A DNA stretch of 62,873 nucleotides, filler included. It is 20 parts of 20 records of this genome, joined end to end, with 100 filler letters (N's around TTAATTAATTAA, not from the genome) between each part and the next. Parts side by side here need not be neighbours in the genome. Positions count along the whole stretch, not along the records: positions 1 to 4,031 come from SRR16133337_43141; positions 4,132 to 6,469 come from SRR16133337_43619; positions 6,570 to 9,015 come from SRR16133337_43632; positions 9,116 to 17,062 come from SRR16133337_43846; 16 more parts are not named here. The stretch is one strand, 5' to 3'. Of the stretch, positions 1 to 11,484 are shown one piece after another. The stretch's first letter is position 1. Every line of letters begins with the position of its first letter. The notes under the pieces are model-generated. The model was not told where the DNA came from and did no database searches. It saw only the letters and a program-made list of their open reading frames with translations. The position numbers and the translations under genes are program-made.

Positions 1-128
1 ATTCGTACAGAAGAATGTATTCTTTTAACATTTTACAATGTGCGATTTGACTGAAGTTCATTAAAACAAAACAGTCAGACTTCATCTACACAACAAAATG
101 ACTGCAGTCGTATTATATGTGGAATTAA

Positions 129-443
129 ATGACAAACACACGCATCATACTCATTGAATTTCAGAAAATAAATAAGCAATTCAAAAAAATGAAAAGATTA
201 GCAAATTCAAATCAAAGATATAATGGTCCTATTAACGACGATGCTCAAGAAAAACTCATGAATCGGAAGAACCAAGAAATTATGGATCGACAAAATGCTT
301 CTTACAAAGTTAATCGGAGATTTAACCAGCTTGATGAAACAGCAATTATTGATAAGTATCTGAAATCAGTCGATGAAATGGAAAGAAAAAAGTCAGGCAA
401 AACATTTTTTCAAAGATGTTGTTGTAACTGCACAGTAATGTAA
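129..443 (+). CDS. Small intronless helical protein with a C-terminal CaaX prenylation box
   Basis: 104 aa ending KKSGKTFFQRCCCNCTVM*: basic patch, upstream cysteines and CaaX (CTVM). AATAAA follows the stop. Confidence 0.6.
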   Translation: MTNTRIILIEFQKINKQFKKMKRLANSNQRYNGPINDDAQEKLMNRKNQEIMDRQNASYKVNRRFNQLDETAIIDKYLKSVDEMERKKSGKTFFQRCCCNCTVM

Positions 444-462
444 TATAAATAAATTTTTTTCA

Positions 463-822
463 CTAACAAGGCAAGTTTATTCTATAAAAGCGAACATTAA
501 AATTTAATTTATTGCTTTCATGGAAAAATACATCATAAAACATCTTGATTTTGAAAGACAAGATTATTTCATGTGATATCACAACGGCAAGACAATTAGC
601 GTAAGCACTTACCTTCAACGAAAAAACATTTTTGTCTGGATGTTCTGTAACTTTGTATGATGCAATCATTCGAACAATTTCATGTGTTACATTTGGCTTG
701 TTCATAATTAGCACATCTTGCCATGAAAAAACTACTGTATTTCTGCAAAATTCAAAGGCTGTAAAATAATTTGGTGATCCTGAAGTTTCACTATTATTGC
801 TAAATTCTTGAATATCCGCCAT
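463..822 (-). CDS. Hypothetical intronless protein, 119 aa
   Basis: Open ATG-to-stop frame in AT-rich DNA. It is tail-to-tail with ORF 129-443 across a 19-nt gap. Confidence 0.5.
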   Translation of the reverse strand: MADIQEFSNNSETSGSPNYFTAFEFCRNTVVFSWQDVLIMNKPNVTHEIVRMIASYKVTEHPDKNVFSLKVSAYANCLAVVISHEIILSFKIKMFYDVFFHESNKLNFNVRFYRINLPC

Positions 823-1573
823 CGTTGTATATAATCTTCGCGATTGCGATGCAAATTTCCTACCCCAATGAAACCAGTACAGCTATATAAAACCTGATGG
901 CGGTGATCTTTCTACACGCACGAGGGTTTGGTTTAACATTAAACGTGTAATCACGTGTTGCAATACAAAAGTCCGAAAATTATTCAATGTAAATATTAAG
1001 AAAGTCCGAGAAAAAAATGAGCTAAAATAAAACATGTGGTGAAAAAAATCATGGCAAAAAACCATTCCGTCATTTGAACAGTTTAATTCACGGGGTCATT
1101 GTCTGTTTCTTGGTTTGGCAGTTTTGTCAATCATTTTCTCTTATGGCGGAAGATAATGAAGAATCGCAGTCTCATTTGGTATGTAGGATTTTCCAGTTGA
1201 TGCATTGTTATGCACAATACTCATTTCAAAATTGCTGTTTGGATGAAATTTTTTTGGATATTAAAGATGTTTAAAATATTTTTTTCAAAAAAATCCACTC
1301 ATTTTTTGTGTAAAGTATGTTCAATGTTTTTTTTGTTACAAAATACGCTAAACTTTTTACAAAAGTATAAAAATTAAAAACTTTTTATTTTTGATGTTTA
1401 CAAAATTTTATTTCAAAATAATACATGCTTGCAAAATTTTTCGAAATAACCACCAACCACTTTCAAAAATAACCAGCAAGAAATACTCCTTCAATCATCC
1501 CAGACGACAAACACGTTAAAGATACAAATAACAGAAAAATCAACATTTGAACTGGTTGTTACTTTTTCTTTAG

Positions 1574-3583
1574 CGTATTCCCGCAATACCTTCAGCGTCT
1601 TTTCTACAAACAAGAAAACGAACTGCTTTTCAGTCGGAAAAAGAAAGAAAATTGCAATCAACTATACCAGAACCAACTGATGAATTGCTTGCACATGTTG
1701 AGGAACATCTCTCAGGAGGAAATGAAGCAACTATGAAAATAGAAAAATATGCGATAGCGTTTTACCAGAAATGCTTAATAAAATATGCTGAATGTATGTA
1801 CATGTTTCAATACGATCTAGGGATTAATTTGTATCTCCAATACATTATTTACATTGTCAATGTTGTTTCCTCCATCTTTTCAGATTTTTCTTTCCCTGAT
1901 GACTGGTGATGCAATTTCTTCCATTATGTTTTCAGACAAACACAATCTACATGAAATGTATTCCCATTCAGATTAATCACTTCTTCATGGTTCAAATAGT
2001 CAATTAATTTGGCACTTGGTAAAGCAATATATTTGCGACCATCATTTTGGTTTTTTTTTTCAAAACTGGTATTTTTTTTTGTAATTTTTATTGTAATGTA
2101 TAAAAAATAGTTATATTTGAAATATATCAAATTTAATTTCTCATCATGAATTTGGAAAAAATATTTCATTTATAACCGCTGCTTTTTTTAGACTACCCTG
2201 AGCGAATGGAGACAATTTTTGTGAATTATGATGTTAACGAAATAATGCAAGAACCAATTTCTTTTTACAAAAATCCAGGATGTGCAGCTCATCCAATATT
2301 GGAATCTAATTCAACTCAACTGAACCAAAGCCTCGTACAATTTTTCAAATATTTTATAATGGCGTCAGCTTCAGTCCAACACGCTCAAACAACTATGGAT
2401 AATTACAAATGTAAAATAAATATGTGGGTAAGTATTCATTTTATTTTTCCTTTCTCAATATCTGATGGGATTGAATCACATGTTATGTGTCCGTCTTTAA
2501 AAAAACCAGTTTTTTTTATGTTGAATCCACATATTACTGTACAGCGTTGAATTGTAAGCCTTTTAAAATTTTTATAACTTTTTTCCAAAGTTAATTAGGT
2601 CTCTACGACCTGGGCAGACCCTATGATCCAATAATTTTTGGAAAAAATAACCATACGACCCGGTATTTCCTGTGTAAAAAGAAAGTTTACTGACAACCGT
2701 TTTATGGAAGAAAGACTCTTTAATACGAACACAGCAATTAGCGCGACCAACAAACGGAACAGTTTCATGTTTATACTTTAAAAAAAAAAAGGACAATTAA
2801 TTCTGTCCTATGCCAATACTCAGGTATGGCTTTAACGTTTTTTTAGGAAGAAAAACATAATTATAGATATTACAGCAGAAATTTTATGAACGAAAACGGT
2901 CCCTACAACACTGTATTTTTTGTGAAAAAACAATTCTCGTATGACCCGGTATTTTTTGAGAAAAAACAAAACTCTGGCTGGAAGTTCGGAGAGGAAGTAA
3001 AGGTGAGTGAGGTGGGGTAGGTTGAAGGTGTCTACAACCCACGCAGGCTCTACGAGCCGGTTCTTTACAATATTACAATTATTAGAAATTAAATTACTTC
3101 AGTGGAACAGTGTATTTCACTTCTATATGTTTCCATTGATTACGTTCCAATACTGGTTTATTTGATTATGTAAAAAATTATCACATCTGGTGACTTCCAT
3201 GTATGAAAAAATAAAGGAGAATATTTTTTTTGTTTTAATTTCATTCTGTTCTCTCAACCAAGAAATTATTAAAGTAAAAAAACAATATGTGTTTCGAATT
3301 TACGTGAAATTAATCCTGTTTGTATTAAAATATAATATTATATGTTATCGTGAATACTAAAAAAACTAAATTCCTGTTTGATATATTTAGATGAACCGCC
3401 ACGGAACACCAAATGTTTTTACGAACGATTCTGGTAGACCCACTCCACTGGGTGCAAACATAAATGCAACGATAAAAAGTGTTTGTTCTAGGAAACAAGG
3501 ATATATCTCTGGGCAACGTACAAACAATTTACCTATCACGTTGGCAGATTTTGTTTCAGCAATGGATAACTTTCTGGATTCTT
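1574..3583 (+). CDS. Spliced gene (partial) resembling the N-terminal core-binding part of a Crypton/DIRS-type tyrosine recombinase
   Basis: Exons 1574-1793, 2192-2427 and 3391-3583 join in frame through GT-AG introns. The product reads ...LVQFFKYF...TTMDNYKCKINMWMNRHGTP...NATIKSVCSRK...RTNNLPITLADF, like the 'T..Y...I..W...G.P...R..LPIT' pattern of eukaryotic YRs. The catalytic R-H-R-Y domain is not seen. Confidence 0.45.
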
Positions 3584-4031
3584 GTAAGTGAAAAATGATT
3601 TAAAAACGAATATGTTCATTTTAAGGTGGAATTTTCATTAACATCGGGACATTAATATTTAAGAAATTGCATAAAACAACCGTACTGATCCTGGTCGATA
3701 CAAAACAAAGCCCAGAGGTATCCTTAACAAAAATCCTATCCATAAATACGAAAAAAAATATTTTGCTTTCAAACCAATGTGAAAAAAACAATGTGAAAAA
3801 TGTCGTGGAATCAAAGGAAAAAAAAAACTGAAATTTGAGTTTGAATTTCAAAACAATTCTATTTTCATCTACTCACGAGAAAAAAAATCCGATTTCAACT
3901 TACATATTTTGATGAGAAACTCGAACACATATCATCTTGAATCTTCACATTGAATTTTTTCCTGCCACACTCTTTTTGGATCATAGAAATTTTATTTTTC
4001 AGCAACAAGTTCTGTAAAATTGGAATTGTGG

Positions 4032-4131
4032 NNNNNNNNNNNNNNNNNNNNNNNNNNNNNNNNNNNNNNNNNNNNTTAATTAATTAANNNNNNNNNNNNN
4101 NNNNNNNNNNNNNNNNNNNNNNNNNNNNNNN
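4032..4131. other. Artificial contig linker (first of 19)
   Basis: N44-TTAATTAATTAA-N44, which has stops in all six frames. Identical linkers start at 4032, 6470, 9016, 17063, 20394, 23169, 25677, 29536, 31932, 34590, 36961, 39211, 41470, 43624, 47438, 49780, 51895, 57482 and 60657. Confidence 0.99.
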
Positions 4132-4782
4132 TATAGGTGGTGATCTTATAGGTGGAAGTTTACTGTAATTCAATACTCAAAAACCATCGTAAATACAGTC
4201 AATTTTGTTTTAACACTGTCCCCGGACATTGGGAAGGACTTGAAGCGTTATTTGGCACAATCACTTTTCAAACATCAAACGTACAGATTTTTTCTCAATT
4301 TACAGTATTCTATCCTTGAGATTTTAGGCCTTGTTTCCTGAAAGAGATGTTGCTAGCTTGAGCTATTGATCTTTTTTGCAGAGGTTTATGTGTGCCGAAA
4401 ATTAGGACTTTAGATTTCCACTAGCGCTGGTAAAGGACAGTTCATAAATGCCGCCACGGTGACGATGGGGTATGGCTGCAACAAATTATAGAAAAAGCGT
4501 GACGCACTAATGTGTTTATAAGGCTGAGGTAGCGTGATGAAGGAGATACGTTGGTAAAAACTTCGAAAATTCACCACGTTGGAATTTATGAATGGTCCCT
4601 TTTCTCAAAGTCATTTCTAGTGACGAATTTTGACACAAGTTGTTGAAATAAGTAACAAGCCTATACGCCTCTTTGGCATATTTTTTAGCAAAATGATATC
4701 GAAAAGTATCTTATTAGAAAGTACCAGCAGTAACGAAAATCTATTTTCCGCTTTTCAAAAATGGCGCGATCAGAAGTATTTA

Positions 4783-5206
4783 CAGTTGTGTTTTTTTGAG
4801 TAATGATTGTCACTCGGTGAGTATTGGACAAGCCAAAGGAGTAACACACGAAAAAATCGTTACTCAAAGGAGTAATGCAAAAACATCTGTTATTCACGTC
4901 TTCTTGTCATTATTTTTTGATTTCTTGGTATCACTTTGTTTAAAAAAATAGCAAATATATACATTTTTTAAAAAAAAATTCCTTCGGGAAAAAATACAAT
5001 CCAATAACATGTTATATCATATGCACATGTACAACTAATATTTGAATTGATGGCAAGATTATGTTGTTCTTCAACGTGGGAAAATTTTTTTTGATTGGTA
5101 AGTAACAGAGAAAAATCCATTACTCAAAGGAGTGACAGAGCAAAAAACCCATTACTCCCGTGAGTAACAGGAGGAAAAAACGTATTACTCAAAAAAACAC
5201 ACATTG
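4783..5206. mobile_element. MITE/foldback with TIRs and internal TACTC-N(3-4)-GAGT(A/G) palindromes
   Basis: Left end TA-CAGTTGTGTTTTTTTGAGTAAT, right end ATTACTCAAAAAAACACA. The subterminal hairpin motif TTACTC-NNN(N)-GAGT is repeated in both arms. Confidence 0.65.
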
Positions 5207-6355
5207 ATTTTACAACCTTTAAAGTTCGTCCAACAAAAATTCGAAGGTTTATGCTTCCATCGGAATTAAAACAATTGATTGTGGAGCCGTACAATTGATC
5301 GAATCGAAAGAAAAATGACATACCGGACGCCGTCTCCTCAGCGGGTCACTGCCACGCGCGCTCTCTTCCCTTTGGTTATTTTGTACCACAATTTCAATAT
5401 TTCTGTTCGACATTATATCTATTCGTTGCAATCGCTCTAAACTGGAAAATTGGCTTCAAAATCGCTCCCAAAATATCGACGTATGACCGACATATGATTC
5501 TCGCTAATAACAAGTTCTGTAAGATTTATACATCACGCTTGTCCTTACAACCACTGGCAATTGCCAAATTACACGGTCATGAGATCGCCACACATGTCCA
5601 ATCGACTTCTCCTGCTTCCAGTTTTGTAGAACAAACATTCCATAGACAATAAAACGCACAACAATTCCATCACATGAATCACGGTGATATTTGGCTGTCC
5701 AAAACAAATTCATTAATTTCCAATTTTAGCGAAAAGTTGTCGGATTTTGGAATGATTTTGTCTGTTGTTCTGTTCTTTTTTCAATTTTCAGCCGGATTTT
5801 TTTTCTCTCGGGTGAGGGTTCGTATTTTTACCCACAGCGGACATGTCAACAGAAAAATGAAATGTGAAGTTGAAATTTCGTGTTTTTTTCATGTGGATAT
5901 TCTTTTTCAATTTTTCTGAATATTTTCACGCTCCATGGAGATATTATGTTGTTCCAATTTCATTGTCATATTGGAGAATCAATTTCCAAGGTGATCCAAC
6001 TCGCCATCTGATTCCCATTTGGCAGGTAGATCGAACGCATGATCGTTCGTATGAGTGAGTAGAGAATCATAAAGGGCAAGTATTGCTTTGAGTCTAAGTT
6101 GCGAAAGTGAAAATTGGTTTTCAGAGGCGTAATAATTGAATTTTTACTGCCGATAGAAGGATAATTTGCCATCAATGGAGCAATACCCCCACACGAACAT
6201 GCGCACCATTTCCATTCGAAAACAGGGGCGTCAGCGACCCGAGGGTAATTTTTACATGTCATGACAACTTAAACGGTGGTGGAGAGAGAGCTAGCGAGTA
6301 AGTTTTTCGAATTGGAAACAAAACAAAAAAGTTTGCTGAATTGATGACAACAATA

Positions 6356-6469
6356 CAGTGTTTTTTGAGTAACTACTCATTGAGTAGTAGAAATCCCGTT
6401 TGAGTAGTAGACGAAAATGTTACTACTCAAATGAGTAGTAGATGAAAAAAACTACTACTCATTGAGTAG
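6356..6469. mobile_element. Truncated end of a related MITE
   Basis: TA-CAGTGTTTTTTGAGTAACTACTC followed by repeated CTACTC-N(3-4)-GAGTAG units running into the contig end. TA+CAGTG resembles Tc1/mariner termini. Confidence 0.55.
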
Positions 6470-8659
6470 NNNNNNNNNNNNNNNNNNNNNNNNNNNNNNN
6501 NNNNNNNNNNNNNTTAATTAATTAANNNNNNNNNNNNNNNNNNNNNNNNNNNNNNNNNNNNNNNNNNNNCTTTTCAAAATCCTTAGACATTGTGCTACCA
6601 TAAACGTGTGACGATTATTACGGTCTGCGTAGAAATGGTAGCACTTTATAGAGTGGATTCTAATCAAGCACGAAAATTAATTACAAAAAACTTGTATCGT
6701 TCCGTCCTATAAAAACTTTTTTTCTTTCAAATGATTGAACAACACAATGCGAAATACATACAAGCATGTTCTCTGATTGAGATAAATTAAAACAGGGAAG
6801 AAAAAATCTCGTAATAACATAACGTAGAAACAATATAAAGATCAGCGCATAATACACAATTGTAGATGTATCAAAAAAAACTAAAACCATATGGTAACAA
6901 CAAACAATGACTTTATAATTATTACTGTAAATTTTACACCTGATTTAGAAAAACTGCGTTTCTTTCAGGCACACCATTATTAAGTGTATCCACTACATAC
7001 ATTTATATTTTTGAAAAAAAATCCAGCACAGGGTCTAACACATAACAAAAATCACTCCAGCGCACGCAAAAAAGAACCCACACAAAAAGAGTAATTTTTT
7101 TAAAAAACAATAGTAGTACAAACTCTTGAGGTACTAGACTGGGACTCGTTTTTCACAAAAAGTTTTTCCTTTTAACAAACTTCATTCTCAAAGAATTTTT
7201 TTGTGCTTTTGGACTAAAATATTGATGGAGCAGCGTTTAGACACTAGAGAACCAATTTTTTGTTTGGAGGCATGGCGGTGTAATTCCGTAAATTTGATTT
7301 TAAAAAATGTAAATAAAAAAACCACCGTGCTGCCGAAATGTTTCAAAATAATTTTGTTTGATGCTCCAGTGTCCAGAGTCTATACTACAAATTTTTTAGA
7401 TATTATACACAAAAATTCATTGAAAATAAATTTTCTGAAGAGAAAAACTTGATGTGAAAAAACATTGTGGTCCAGTACCTCAAAGTTCCCGGAAAATGCC
7501 ATTTTTTTATTTGAAACACAGCATTTGTTAAAGGATTAGAGGTTGGGGTGAGTGCTCTTGATTTGTTAGACCTGTACATAACAGCCAAAGAAAATAACGA
7601 CAAACACAAAAATTAAACTTCTTAGTGTAAAGAAAAACGCGATAATAAAAACAAACAATCGCAAGAAATAATCATCAAAAGCGTACCGTTAATGAAAAAC
7701 AAAAGCTTATCGTGTAACAGAATAATCCCTGTTATTTTTATTATATCCGTCAAGTATTGCAATCCACACCATGCTTCGAAAGTTTGATCAATGTGCTTCC
7801 GGTAAGGAGGACTCGGAAATGTGACCCTTCCAAGCAATGCAATAATATCAAGTTTGTGTACAATGAACAATATTATATCTAAAATGCATTCATATGCACA
7901 AAAATATGGCCATTAATACCTTATACAAATTGTTTCACGCGATCCACAACAATCCGGTCAACAAATTTTCATATGACACATAATCCAAGACTTTATCTTA
8001 GTTTGAATACATATGGCAAATGCTAGGTGGGTGGCAAAAATGTCTCCGCAATGAAGTTTTTGAACTAAAATCCAGTCTTGAATTATGTCACACAAGCAAA
8101 AGTGTATAATGGATTGTTCATGTCTCCGGCTTTAAATATGTTTTGATAACGCTTTTTTTTTCACTGCTGTATTCCTCAATGCTATGTGATCATAAATCAG
8201 TTTGTATTTGTTTGAGTGCGTGCTCACGGCTAATTATTGAACACAAACAGTCCATGGCCATTTGCTTAAAATGCTGACCTCAAAACAAGTACTCTGCTTT
8301 GAAACTCTCTTTGTCCTCTATAAGCTGCACATTTCTTCTACAAATTAAGTTCTAAGATGGAATCACAACTGTTCTGTTTGAATTTCAACTTTTCTCGCAA
8401 AACGACAGTGTAATATGGAAAACCTATCATTTAAATCATAAACGTTTCATTTTGCCAATTGACATGTTAGACATACATTTTACAAATAAACTAGATTTTT
8501 GTTTCAAACTTTACATGTGGTATATACATTGATATAGCTTTTTTATTCATTTGTGAACACGAATCTTTTATTTTGTTTTGACCCAATGCTTTGGAGATAG
8601 TAATTTATTCTGATTAGCCATACATTTCACTGAAACAGTATGCGTGAATGAATACTTAC

Positions 8660-8912
8660 GAAATAAAACAAAGTTCTTTTTGTACCACGAGTTAAATCTA
8701 CCATTTGTTTTTGATTCCCAATAAATTGCTCTGCAATAAAAAATAACAGTAAATATTTTGTCGAGCACAACTGCAAGAAAGAAAATGTAAAAAACATGCA
8801 CATCATTAAACAAAAATACTGCCCCTATTGACAAAGGCGCAAAAAAAATAAATACGTAATCGATTGCGTTCACAATAATCGCGACTAGAACCACCAGATA
8901 AGCAAATCCGTG
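8660..8912 (-). CDS. Exon of an unknown eukaryotic multi-pass membrane protein
   Basis: ttttctag acceptor and GTAAGT donor flank an open hydrophobic frame (HGFAYLVVLVAIIVNAIDYVFIFF...). Confidence 0.4.
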
Positions 8913-9136
8913 CTAGAAAACATAAAAAAAGTATGAAGATAAAACAGTTAAGGGAAACGTGCTTTTCTGTGCAAGAAAATCGAACGATTGTTTAAGGTAG
9001 GAGACTGTCTAAGGANNNNNNNNNNNNNNNNNNNNNNNNNNNNNNNNNNNNNNNNNNNNTTAATTAATTAANNNNNNNNNNNNNNNNNNNNNNNNNNNNN
9101 NNNNNNNNNNNNNNNAAGACAACCCGACTGCAAGAC

Positions 9137-9166
9137 AAAAAAAACGGTATCACGGCATCACCGTTT
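9137..9166 (-). terminator. Rho-independent terminator of the sugar operon
   Basis: On the minus strand, an AAACGGT...ACCGTTT stem followed by a T-tract, about 20 nt after the eda stop. Confidence 0.65.
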
Positions 9167-9187
9167 CACCAGTTGATATTTTAACAT

Positions 9188-9820
9188 TTAAATAATTCTG
9201 GGAGGTACTTTTAACAGAGCATCCCTGACGTTGTTCTCAATAGTTTTATAATCACCTATCTCTGTAAGCTGTTTATTCGCCAACCAAGAACCCCCTATTG
9301 CCAGTACGTTTGGTAACTCTAAAAAATCGCTCATGTTTTGTAAAGTAATTCCCCCCATCGGAATAAACTTTAAATCGGTATCACCATAAGGACCGTTCAG
9401 GGCCTTTAACATTGTGACACCCCCTACTTGCATGCAAGGAAATAATTTTAGAGTTGTACAACCCATTTCAAAGGCCTTTTCAATTTCAGAAGGAGTCATA
9501 ACTCCAGGAATAAATGGCAATTCGTTAGCGATTGCAGCTTGCACAATATTCGGATTAAAACCGGGGGATAAACCAAATTTAGCACCTGCCTTTTTAGCCG
9601 CCTCTACTTGTTTGGTAGTAATGATGGTACCTGCTCCTACATATAAACTAGGAGATACCGATGTAACTTTTTTAATTACTTCCAAAGCAACAGAGGTTCT
9701 AAGTGGTATCTCCAAAACATTAAGGCCACCCAATGTAAATGCGGTAACAACTTCAACCGCTTTTTCAAGATTGTTAAAGGTTACCGCTGGTAATATCCGA
9801 TGTTCAAAAAAATGGCGCAT
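9188..9820 (-). CDS. eda: KDPG/KHG aldolase
   Basis: Motifs EIPLRT, VGAGT, PGVMTPSE, LKLFP (Schiff-base Lys), PMGGI and GGSW; 210 aa. Confidence 0.93.
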   Translation of the reverse strand: MRHFFEHRILPAVTFNNLEKAVEVVTAFTLGGLNVLEIPLRTSVALEVIKKVTSVSPSLYVGAGTIITTKQVEAAKKAGAKFGLSPGFNPNIVQAAIANELPFIPGVMTPSEIEKAFEMGCTTLKLFPCMQVGGVTMLKALNGPYGDTDLKFIPMGGITLQNMSDFLELPNVLAIGGSWLANKQLTEIGDYKTIENNVRDALLKVPPRII

Positions 9821-9821
9821 A

Positions 9822-10508
9822 TTAATCTTTTATGGCTTTCAATACTTTATCTGTTAGTTCTTTAACTGCTTTGTCACGCAGAATCTCACCATTCTTAAAA
9901 TCCGCTCTGCTAGGATTTCCATTTATACCTCCGGAAGCTTTATTTAAAGCGTACCTCGAACGTATTTTATACCATGGTTTATCCACCTTATAGTCTACTA
10001 CTCGATCCATGTAAACTTGAGTCCCGCAAGCTACTGCAACCTCTGTTTCTCCCTTACCTGCATGATGTATCCCATTTATACCACAGTCTGACCACCAATT
10101 CCAACAAGCACCTTTAAAATCCGGATAATTATCCCAAACTTTATTGAAAGCCAATTCGGTAGGTACTTTATTTGCCCCATGTCCGGTAAGAAAAATAATT
10201 TTTTTGAAGTCTTGAGCACAGAAGTTATTGCAAAGATCTACGATTACACTCATGAAGACCTCTACACTAAGGCCTAAACTACCTGGATATTCCCGCATCT
10301 CATCAGAAAAACCATAAGGAAGTGCCGGGACAAGAATTGCCCCTGTATTCTCAGCAACTTTTCGTGCAAAATACAAACTAGAATCTATATCAACACTAAC
10401 GGGTAAGTGGAGACCGTGAGCTTCGATTAAGCCTATGGGAACAATTACCGGTAAATTTCGGTCCAGAACTTGTATTTCGTCTGAAGTCAATTTAATCCAT
10501 TCCTTCAT
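9822..10508 (-). CDS. Creatininase-family metal-dependent amidohydrolase
   Basis: Metal-binding motifs GLIEAHGLHLPVSVD, TGHGAN and HAGKGET. Confidence 0.9.
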   Translation of the reverse strand: MKEWIKLTSDEIQVLDRNLPVIVPIGLIEAHGLHLPVSVDIDSSLYFARKVAENTGAILVPALPYGFSDEMREYPGSLGLSVEVFMSVIVDLCNNFCAQDFKKIIFLTGHGANKVPTELAFNKVWDNYPDFKGACWNWWSDCGINGIHHAGKGETEVAVACGTQVYMDRVVDYKVDKPWYKIRSRYALNKASGGINGNPSRADFKNGEILRDKAVKELTDKVLKAIKD

Positions 10509-10510
10509 TT

Positions 10511-11479
10511 TTAAATGATTTTTAGTCTTTTTAATAAATAGGTTGCTGCCCCAATAGCACTGCTGTATTCCTGGTTATCGGCAATTGCTATATCAATAGT
10601 ATCTTTTGTGGGATAATGAAATATACGTTGGTTTACAATCTTTTTCAACTTCTCTAAATAAAAATCTGCCGCAAGGGTAGCCCCACCACTTAATATGATT
10701 CTTTCTGGGGAATAGGCGTGAACCGCGTTTATTAAAAGGATTGCCAAATTATTTATCCAAATCTCTAATTCTGCCAAGCAAATTGTGTCTCCTCTCTTAC
10801 AGGCAGCTATAATTTGTTCAAAATCGATGTTTAAAGGATTCTCAAAATAAGTTTCCGAAAGTACTGAAGGTAACCCTCTTTGAATGGCATTCCTGACCTG
10901 AAGAGTCAGTGCTGTCGCCGAGCAGCTGATTTCTCCAGTCCCAAAGTTTCCAGTTAAGCAAGTATTATCGGAGGACTTATCCATTACGATATGTCCTAAT
11001 TGTGTCCCGACTTGGAAATGGGAATCCTCTAAAATTTCACCGTTGAGTAATACCCCAGAGCCGATTCCAGTGCCAATGGTCAACACCACTGCCCAATCTA
11101 CATCTTTTGCATTGCCAAAATAACGTGCCGCGTACATGGCTAGTCTACCATCGTTATTGGCAAATACCGGAAGCCCAAATTCTTCCCTAAGTTTTGAGAC
11201 AATTGGATACCCCTCCAATTTTTTATATTTCCCTGGAAGCAGTACAACCCCCTTCTCAGGGTCTATAACACCACTTAAACTCAGGGCAATGCCCTGAGGT
11301 TTGTCGTGTTTGGAAATTATTTTTTTTACGGAAGCATAAATGTTGTCATACAAAACTGCGGCACCTTCATTGGCACTCCCGCTAGTGGCTGTACCTTCTA
11401 TGAGTTGACCGTTGACTGATATGATTGCTGTCTTGAGTCTTGTTCCTCCAACGTCAAATGAAATTACATAGTTCTCCAT
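10511..11479 (-). CDS. ROK-family sugar kinase
   Basis: Motifs DVGGT, NND and LTIGTGIGSG, plus a divergent GHI..C..G..G zinc region. No N-terminal HTH. Confidence 0.92.
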   Translation of the reverse strand: MENYVISFDVGGTRLKTAIISVNGQLIEGTATSGSANEGAAVLYDNIYASVKKIISKHDKPQGIALSLSGVIDPEKGVVLLPGKYKKLEGYPIVSKLREEFGLPVFANNDGRLAMYAARYFGNAKDVDWAVVLTIGTGIGSGVLLNGEILEDSHFQVGTQLGHIVMDKSSDNTCLTGNFGTGEISCSATALTLQVRNAIQRGLPSVLSETYFENPLNIDFEQIIAACKRGDTICLAELEIWINNLAILLINAVHAYSPERIILSGGATLAADFYLEKLKKIVNQRIFHYPTKDTIDIAIADNQEYSSAIGAATYLLKRLKII

Positions 11480-11484
11480 ATTAT

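Noticed and set aside
6361-6469. CRISPR-like array (also 5100-5190)
   Set aside because: The repeats are short and degenerate, the spacers are short and irregular, there are no cas genes, and they sit inside TIR-bounded eukaryotic elements.
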